Source: Welwitschia mirabilis (lineage: Eukaryota). Taken from it: a DNA stretch of 46,964 nucleotides. Position numbers and translations under genes: made by a program. Position 1 is the first letter of the stretch. Every line of letters begins with the position of its first letter. Location of the stretch: assembly GCA_051453625.1 (NCBI GenBank), contig JBOZIK010000001.1:24139572-24186535 (forward strand), read 5' to 3'. Positions 37,820 through 46,964 of the stretch are shown here, piece by piece. Under the pieces are notes generated by a model. The model made no database searches and was not told the origin of the DNA. It saw only the letters and a list, made by a program, of their open reading frames with translations.

Positions 37820-38690
37820 ACACCAAGGACATTCTTGAGATGATAAGAAAGTCATAACTCATAACATAGTCATCAAAATAGATTACATTCTAATAAAATA
37901 AAAGGTCTAAAAACTTAACCCAAAAATTGCACTCATTATTAAGAAAGATTTTAATAACTCTTAATGGCCAAATTTATTTGATCTATACATTGATCTGATT
38001 GGATCTCGAAATTTGTTTTTATCATTAAAAAAATGGAGCAATTAGGATTTGTATAAATTGTAATAATCTAAATAAAGTAACATTTAAAGATGATTTTATT
38101 TTACCAAATATTAATGACTTGATTAATAAAACTACTAAATATGATCAATTTCATGGATAGCTATTCAAGATATAACCAAATTTTCATAAGGATAGAAGAT
38201 CAACATAAGACAACATTCATAGCCTCTTAGGTCTATTCCATTAAGTAATCATGCCTTCATGCTTTGAAAAATGTTGGTGCAATGTATTAACATACAATGA
38301 TCTATATATTTCATAGTTCCATTTATAAGATAATTTAATATTATATTAATAATATTAGTTGTAAAATCTTCCTAGGCTTAAGATCATTTTCACCATATAT
38401 AAGAGCTATTCTAAGCAGCAATAAAATTTGATCTCAGATTAAATCAAAGACATGTATTTTTAGAGTGTCATCAAGAGAATTAATAGGATTCATTATATCA
38501 AAAATAGAAATTAAAGTAGGTACAAAAAATCTAAAAGGAATTATGGAAATGCCATCACCTAAAAACATTTTTAAACTATCCTTTCTAATTGATAAGTACA
38601 TCTCATTTCTTTACTTATTTAAAAAAAAAGTAAAATTTGAATGGGATGAAAAATTGCAATAAATATTTGACCAAATTAAAAAATATATTT
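37820..38690 (+). pseudogene. pol: Very old Ty3/gypsy RT relic (Tat/Ogre-like)
   Basis: SDWISKFVFIIKKNGAIRICINCNNLNKVTFKDDFILPNINDLI; MDSYSRYNQI..RIEDQHKTTF; LKNVGAMY; IGFIISKIEIKV..K.KGIMEMPSPKN; KKVKFEWDE. Confidence 0.8.
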
Positions 38691-41600
38691 TATTAGAACT
38701 GAATATCCTTAAGTTAATAGAATAGCTATGGTAAATTTTTAATTTTGAAAGTTTAACCTAATTGGCACACTTTAATATCTAATGAAATGAAGGAATTACA
38801 CTATGCAATTTAATCTATTAGATATATAAAAATACATATAATTGTAATGTAGAGTAAAGATCATAATAAAATCATACTAAAGATAGAAAATAAGATTTTT
38901 TTCCCTTTATTAATCAGTAAAGCCTCCATAACACTCTACTGAGACTTTATGGTAGTCCTTCACTTTCAATAGGATTCTACGATAATGTGTAGCCTTTATG
39001 AAATCTTAAAATATTTCAATTATAAAGTGAAATTGTATAAATATTGAAGATAAAGGAGAGAGATAAGGTACAAAGTGTGAAGTTTACAGTTTAGGCCTAA
39101 TGATCAATGATGAAAAAGTTCTTTCTTAGTACAATAGTATTTTGATTTATACTTGATAGATGCTAGCTATTGTTGATTAGTTTTCTAAGAAGTATGACTA
39201 TTACAAATGTTAAAATAGTTATTTAGCCTTTCAAGACATTAGGAAATAAGTCATAAGTAATCTTAAATGGATAAATATAGTGATAGCTAAGTGCATGGTA
39301 GTTAACCACTTGATAGGATTCTATTAACCCCTTAGCTAGTTGACTCACATTTATAGATGGTCAACATATAGTTGAAATAGTCTTCAATTTAAGATGTTCA
39401 AGTGATCAATCCTTAGGATTTTTAGTCAATCATTCAATAATTAATTTACTTTGGGTTATAGTTAATAGTTAGCCCTAATTGAATTTGGATAACTGTAAGA
39501 TGATTTCTTTAGATTTTTGTGTATTATCTAGTTGATCTTCAAGAAAAATCTAATCAACCTATCATTAGTTTATTTCAAATTTTATGTTTTTCAATCTAGC
39601 TTTTCATCTTAGTTGATCTTCTAGTAATTTTCTCTTGTGCTTGGTTAAATTTGATCTTTATGTCTTAAAGTAGCTAACCTATATTTAAATCATCAATATT
39701 TTACTAATGACTTGATTTCTCATTAATAGATAATTAAGAGGTAAAACAATATCCTTCTTTATCATGGATAACAACCAAGTATTCTTTATTGCTCCCTCTT
39801 GATCTATGATCCTCTTAAGCTAGTGCATCTCATATAAGAATGTGTCAAACACATAGTACGATTGAATTTCTAATTAAAGATAGACATTATATAATGAAAT
39901 TTTATGGCTTTATGGTATATAGTGATAAATATTTTGCTAAAAAAGAAGCAAGAAATAATTTTTTTAGAAACTAATATATTTTCAAAAAAATGAAAGTCTA
40001 GGTAAATGTAAAATATTTTATTAAATTTTAATATCATATCTACTGCATGATATAGGCTGTGAGCACATTAAGGAGATAGTGAAAATTCACACTAGTTTTA
40101 AATACGCCTTATGTTACATATTATCATAGAAATTATAATTATTAAAAATCACATTGAATTATAAGCATTATGCATGGAAAAAGTATTATTTTTTATAATT
40201 TTTGTTAAAGACACATTAGTACAATAGTTGTTATGCTAAATAAAGTAAAAATAACAATAAAAAACTGTTGGTTTCTCTTCCTCTTTATCATCAATGAAAA
40301 CGATGGAGGTGCATAATAAAGATACTAAAGAAAAGCAATAAAGAAAAAGAAGCACATAATGTTTTTATAAGCATGTAATAACTAAGTTACTAAAGATGGT
40401 TGTAGCCTATCTATGTGTAATGTCTAAGGAATGGAAAGAGTGCTAGATTTGGAATGATAGTAAAAGTAGTGCAATGGACCCCATAAAGCTCTTTCTAGAG
40501 GGGTCAACTTACACTATGATAATGATGCCAGACAAGTATGCAGCATTGGCAGTGTCTCCTCTAACTTCTCTATTTTTACAACTAACTTCTCACCTAAGTT
40601 GTCTTTAGACTTAGCTTTCTCCTCTTCTTATTCCTTACACTATACCTCCTCTTTTTCTTCTGTCTCCTCTATCTCTTCCTCCTTTAGTTCTATTTACTCC
40701 TCTTTTTTTTTTTACCTTTGTAGAAGACCCTATATATTATAATAGAGTAGTGTACTCAAAACTCTCTAAATAAATAAGTTCATGAAATCAGTGCACATCC
40801 ACTTCACTCTTATGAATAGCCTACATAATTTTTCTCAATAAAGTGAATGAGGCATTATTAGATTTAGCATTGCTTATAAATCTATATAGATATAAATTAT
40901 AGCATGTTAGCTACTAGGTGAGTGTCACATTGAGAGCGAGTTGTATACTATTGTAGCCTTGGATGAGTAGAAGGATGTGTCTTTCTAATAGGCCTTGGTA
41001 CTAGTTTAGCCTTAAAGAGATGCATACATACTAAAGTGAAAAAGTTCAAAGGCTTTAATGAATTTAAAATACTAATATTATGTTGTTGAAAAGGTACCTT
41101 AAGTTTCTTGTATATGGTCATAATTAAACCTTCATAACATAACCCTTTGTTCTTATACTATAACATATGCACCATGAAGTTGACTATCAACTTAAAAGCA
41201 AATCAAAGCATGGGTAGTATAAGTTAAATGTTCATTTTTACATACTTTGAAGGAATTTTTTAGATGTTTTATTTAGATTTAGTGGAATAATTTAATTAGA
41301 TAATGTTATAATTAGACTTATGATGGGTGATGTTAATCTAAAAGTAGGATTTGAATTAAAGTAAAGAACCTAATTCATACTTGAATTGATAACGAGCTTA
41401 TATTTTGAGTAGAATATGGTAAGAAAGTATATTAGTCAATCCTAGTGTTTTATGTTGTATTAATATTTGACATATTATAGAAAATTTCATACTTATAATT
41501 GTACATCCTTTGTTTACAACTTGTACATTATTACTACATATCATTATTCAAATGAACTAATAATACACATGTGGTTGGCATAGCCATTGAAGTCATGTTT

Positions 41601-43861
41601 CCTTAATTTTTGAATGTTTTCTTCTTGATTGTAGATTATGTAAGAAGCGAATATTAGTGGGCTATCATGTTTAAGACCTATTTATTAGAGCTAGGTATTT
41701 ACCATATTGATGTGAGCATTTTAAAAGTTTTTTTTTTTAGCTACATTAGTATTTGATAGTTGTCCTAAGTAACTACATTCACTAGGTTTTCTTCATTTCT
41801 TTATAAAAAATGAGATAGTTTTTTTTGTGGATAGGAATTATTTTTTCATAAGGGATTGGTGCATTAAAAGATTTGAAATCTTTAACCATTCCTACAGGAT
41901 TGAAATAGTAACTTTTAATTTCTCTATGCATATTTCTGGAAGAGGTTCACAAGTATAAATAAACTAAAATAAAATGAATTTCAACCAATTCTTAGTTAGT
42001 TAGACATATCTTCCTAGGATTTAAAATTATCTAATTATGACAAGTATCTAATTATCTAAATTCAAAAGACATCCTAGTTCTTCTAAAAAGAAAGGGTAAT
42101 TGGAAAATATAGTTGGATCTTTTATTTAAAGTTTATCAAATTATTGATTTTGATTATATTCAATACTAATTTCCTCTCTATATTCTAATGATTAAGGTTT
42201 TAATTCAATTGAGAGTCAAGGATATTATCTTGGAATTATCTTATTATTCAAATTTTACTTGTTATGGACTTATAAATTTAGTTGTGATAGCTTTCTTTAG
42301 AGGCTATAACTATGAATGGTTCGTATCTTTAACTAAGATTTCTTCCCTTATCATCTAGGATTGAGAAGTTATAACATAGAAAGAATGTATCTTTTTTCCA
42401 CAAAGGTTATTTACTAGGTTTTTCTTGATATTTTATCATGTAATTAGTATTTTATGTAAATAATTAAAATTCATGTAGTGGAGATCTTAATATATATCTA
42501 GAATAATGATAATCCCATTCATAATAAAATAAATTACAAAAGAACTTTTACTTTTGATTCCAAATCAATTCTTATTAAATTTGTAGTTTATCTTGGGAAT
42601 AATAAGTTTAACAACCTTTTCTAAAAATAAATTAAGTACCTTTGATATAATTCAAAAATGATTTAGATAATTACCTATATATTGATGTACAATGAAGTGT
42701 AATTTGCTTCTAATAATCATTCTATGTATCTAACTTTTTACAATACTTCAAATATTCTTACTCTTGTACCTCTTAGAACAAAGAATAAATGAATATTATT
42801 GTAAGTTTTTATTTTATCAAAAAGGAATAGTCATTAAAAGAACTAATACTAATAATGAAAAAAATTTAAAAGCAAAAAATAATGAGAAATAAATTTGTAT
42901 AAAATAAAGTAGAAGGAAAATGCAATAAATAATTTTCAAAAAAACAATGAAATAACTTGAAAAATAAAGCTTAAAATAAAAGAAAAGAATTCCAAGAATT
43001 TGAAAGAAATTAATAAAACAAATAAAGGTAAATAACTCAACCTATTCCAAAATTTTAGATCACTAATATTCCTTAATAATCATGCTACAAAGTGATGATG
43101 TTGATGAAACAATAGCCAATCTAATTAAAAATATATCTATCTTATCTATGAAGACTATCAGATTGTGATTTAAAATAACCTAGGAAAAAAATTAAGTAAA
43201 TTACATGTAACCCTAAGTTTTTTTTAAAAAAAGTTAAATAATGAAAGCTATTGAAATGATAATAAAATTTTGTTATGAAATAAAAAACAAAAGGTACAAA
43301 TTAATTCAATTCTAATATAGACATAAAAAGAAAATTAAATAATATTGATTTCATAATGTTAATAGTTTACCATTATATTAATGATGTATTTAAGTACAAG
43401 ATATCAATGAGGTATGTATTCATTAGTTATACTAATGAAATTATGAATGGATGACATATCATAAGATAAGAAATAAATAATAATTAATTCACTAATAAAA
43501 TCATGCATCAAATACATTAACTACATAGGACATTAATATGAAATGTAAAATGAAAATAGAAATTTGTGGAAACAAAGTGAAATTAACTCCTATACTTTAA
43601 ATAGTACTCTTAAATTCAAATAAAATTTACACAAAATTATAGAAAATTAAAACTAAAAATAAAAAATCATAAACAACTAATTATCACACCTAACTCAAGC
43701 ATAATCTAGTAAGATTTTAATAAAGAAAAACTTAAATGTAGAACATATAATAAAACAAAATGGAACGTTCAAGGGAAATAAATTAAATTCAAGATTTCTT
43801 GTAAAGAACATAAAAGTGTAAGAATGATTTAAAAGACGTTTCCAAGTGAAATTAATTACCA

Positions 43862-45041
43862 AACTCCACTCTGATACTCTTCAAAGGATGCCTAACCCTT
43901 TGGGACAAAATATAGGTACTGGGATGCGAAGCTCTATTAGACAAATTGAAGGGAAAGATCAAGGCCAATATCGCTGCATTTTACAGAAGGTGGAGAGGCC
44001 ATAGAACCACCTTTAAAAGAATCCTAATTGAAATCACAAAAGAATTGCTTGTCGACCTATTAGAAATACTTGCAAAAGGGGTGAGGATTCCTCTCAAGTG
44101 CTAAGGACAAAGGCAATCTCTCCATTCTTTCTCAGGAGGCATTTCTAAGCTGTCAAGTGGACATATAAGTAGAAAAGTACTTCCACTGCCATGGGTTTTA
44201 GGTGCAGAACTGGCACATAGATACTTCATCCAGTTATAATGCTGCTTGAAGCTATTGAGTCTACATTTCATCTTTCTCAAGGCCTTAGACCTAGGGCACA
44301 AGGTTAATTTACCTCACTTCATTCTCTAGACACTTAAAAAAAAGGATATGATGAAGCATTTAGGCCTCATTATTGCCTTGTGGAGAGCCATGTAAGATAT
44401 AGAGGTAAAAGAGATTCCTTCCCCTTTCCCTCGGCTAAGGGCATCAATCAAGGCTTAGCAGATGAGGAGAAAAAGAAGAAGGCAGATAAGAATGATAACA
44501 ATCCTCAAAATAAGTGGGAAGATGAGTCAAGATGCTCCCAAACTCAAAGAGGGGTGACTCTTCCCCCACCCTAAGAGACTTAAGAACGAGAAGATCTAAT
44601 TTTACCCCCTAATGCAGTGTAGGTAGAGTAATCATAGTCTAAAAATGGCTAGGAGAAAACCCCTAATGAAGCACAGGAATAGGAGCAATTATAGACTAAA
44701 CAAGAGTAAGAGGAAGCCCCTCAGAAGGAGGCTAATAGCCCTAAATATAGCAAGGAGATAGAACCTCAAAATCATTAGAAATTCATTCAGAGAAATGAAA
44801 TCAAGCATCTCATGACAATATTGATATGAATCATATAAGAAGAGAAGTATTACTAGCTAAAATTCATGAGATGAAAAGGTGTTCCTTCTTGACCCTTGTC
44901 ATCTCACATAGATTTCGTCCGAATGCGATTAAATCAAGCTTTCGTAAGAAGGCGCTAAAAATTCACCCTGACAAGAATCAAGTAAGAGAAAAAGAGTTTA
45001 AAGTGATGAATCAGGCATTTAAGGTTCAGTGTATGAATTGA
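43862..45041 (+). pseudogene. Decayed ORF: plant-transposon-protein-like domain + E/Q/K-rich linker + C-terminal J-domain
   Basis: Reading through in-frame stops from 43862: LWDKI*VLGCEALLDKLKG...AAFYRRWRGHRTTFKRILIEITKELLVDLLEI.AKG...ISRKVLPLPW...HFIFLKALDLGHKVNLPHFIL*TL...KHLGLIIALW. Charged linker at 44460-44820. IKSSFRKKALKIHPDKNQVREKEFKVMNQAFKV with HPD at 44964-44972. Confidence 0.65.
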
Positions 45042-45310
45042 GACAATTCTTGTTATAGCATAACCCTAGCCACTTGTTCCCCAACTGGAGGGGATATTAG
45101 CTAATTTTTTTCTCATAGCTTAGATTAGTCCTTCTCTAGTCTATCACTTTTTTGCATCTCTTTTTCTATTTAGTGAATTCACATGATTACTTAGAAGGTT
45201 GGTTTTTTTTTTATCATAGTCGGGATTTCTCGTGATTCTTAACATAGGGGTGCTTTCACCCCCATTCTGTAACTACTTATTTTTTAATATAATGTATTTA
45301 TTTTTCAAAA
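45042..45310 (+). other. LINE-like 3' UTR/tail with terminal stem-loop
   Basis: GGGGTG-CTTT-CACCCC hairpin at 45247-45262, then TGTAA...TTTTTTAATATAATG...TTTTTCAAAA. The sequence returns to AT-rich background after 45310. Confidence 0.5.
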
Positions 45311-46565
45311 GATAAATAATTAAACTCTACTTTCCAATGGAAACTATCTTAATTTATAATAAGAGTTATGAGAGAATTTAAGGGAAACATACAAATGGAA
45401 TTAATGCCAAACTTAATAGAAAGGAGTAGAATATAGAGTAACGATTATTTTAGTACTAATTTGTGCATTTATCCTCTTGTAATCTTCTTGTAAACAACTA
45501 TTAATAATGATATTTCCAAGCTATAACATTGGATTAATATTGATTTCTTTATCACCAAATTATTACCACTTATTGAACATTACATCACTAAGTGATAAAG
45601 GTGCTTTCAACCAACTTTAACCCTAGATCATCCTTATCATCAAATAATAGAAGAAGATCATATAACGTAGCTATTTTCCATTTTCATTAGCTAATATGGC
45701 ATTTTATCACCAATCCTATTACATATGATAATCACTAACTCCATATTACTAGTGAGAACTCATTTATACCAAAAATAGTTCATTTTGGGTGATAAGTATA
45801 GTTGTTCCTTTATCATGTCCATGTAGCTTACTGATAACATAGTTATAACATTAAATACATATTATTAGCTTAACACTAGATAATAACATAACAAAAGTAA
45901 AAAAATAAGAAATGCTGAAAGAGTAAGAAAAATTTATTAAATAATAATTAAGAATATTTAGTTTTCTATTATTCTGAAAAGTATAAATGTTGTCTAATTA
46001 AAATATATTTCATGATTAAAGTAGGATAAAATTATCTATGAAATAATTAGTTTCATGATTGCATTGATGCCCATTTATAATGTATGTTTCCATTTCATCA
46101 ATATGTCCTCTTTCCACTACTTCATTATCTAATAATTTAATTATGTTAAAGGGTTCAATTTGTTTTGCACATATTTTTATTTACTATGCATATATTTGGA
46201 ATTAAATAGTAATATTTGGTTACTTCCTTAAATTCTATTTTTCCAATTTTCTACTCATGTCTTATTTTATTTTTATTTTTAGTTAATTATTTTTCTCATT
46301 AATGTTTTCTTTTTTTTTTGGTCTAGTTCATTTATGTTATGAGGCCTTCTTCCTAGGATTTATTTAATTTTTAATTTAGTGTCTTATCAAGTTTAAATGT
46401 TTTAATTTAGAGTGTTGTTAACATGTAAAAATCAACATTTATATCAAGTGCTTGAGGATAACTTATTGTAAATTAAGACATTAATTTAATTTTTTTAATC
46501 ATAAAATATGTCTTCTATTGTTTTTTTAAAGGAAATTAAATGTCATCTTTTTCTCAATATTAGAC

Positions 46566-46964
46566 TGTAGATAGTTAAGCCATTTTTGAAACACATGGTG
46601 GAAGATGGACTCAATTCTGCCTAAAACAACAGTGGCAAATGGAGACATTAGGTGGTGATATATAGTAGAAGAAATTAAAGACCCGTGGCAAAGGCATATG
46701 GAGGTGGCATTAGAAACATGTGGTGATAGCACTAGTTGGTAGAGGAATTTAGCTCCAATGGTCACATGATGGACTCATCATAATGAAGACTTTACCAAAT
46801 GCTACATGATGAAGACTCCACCAAACACTATCTAATGGCCTCCACCAAATCCTATAAGATAGAATCTTATGTACCTAATGCTAAATGATGAAGATTCTAC
46901 CTAATGCTATAAGCCAAAAGTTTTAACCATCCCTTACCTTCATCTCTCCCTATAAAGAGGCCTT
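46566..46964 (+). repeat. Possible start (U3) of another LTR running off the window
   Basis: Composition shifts at TGTAG (46566). Short degenerate repeats ATGAAGACT.TACC.AATGCTA (46782-46910) and CCCTATAAAGAGG at the window end. Confidence 0.4.

Noticed and set aside
43840-45330. Target-site duplication around the J-domain island
   Set aside because: Only loose AT-rich similarity (AATTA..AAACTC) on both sides, which is not convincing.
45490-45754. Possible CACTA-type MITE (TATTACTAGTG end, TTATCACC repeats)
   Set aside because: No convincing matching 5' CACTA TIR or 3 bp TSD.

Overview
Eukaryotic, plant-type repetitive DNA from a gapped draft assembly (about ten N runs). I found no intact host gene. 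The window is mostly a nest of decayed LTR retrotransposons. (1) A Ty1/copia 5' end (LTR, PBS, gag start, ~863-1670) is interrupted at 1671 by a Sirevirus (SIRE/Maximus copia). That Sirevirus has a 1.48 kb LTR full of GGTCGACC palindromes, gag-protease with no integrase, RT or RNaseH, an env-like ORF and multiple PPTs; a second env-like/3'UTR/LTR copy follows after a gap. (2) A copia integrase-RT-RNaseH block lies at ~9968-12390. (3) A minus-strand copia 5' end has a gag carrying a 3 x 431 bp tandem amplification. (4) A minus-strand Athila-like gypsy (17726-24539) abuts, and is apparently inserted into, a plus-strand Athila-like gypsy (24545-30110). (5) A very old Tat/Ogre-like RT relic lies at ~37820-38690. 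The most unusual feature is at ~43860-45310: a decayed ORF combining an env-like/'plant transposon protein'-type domain, an E/Q/K-rich linker and a C-terminal J-domain (HPD), followed by a stem-loop and a LINE-like A-ended tail. It is a candidate non-autonomous retroposon family encoding its own Hsp70 co-chaperone. All family calls come from reading motifs by eye, not from database searches.
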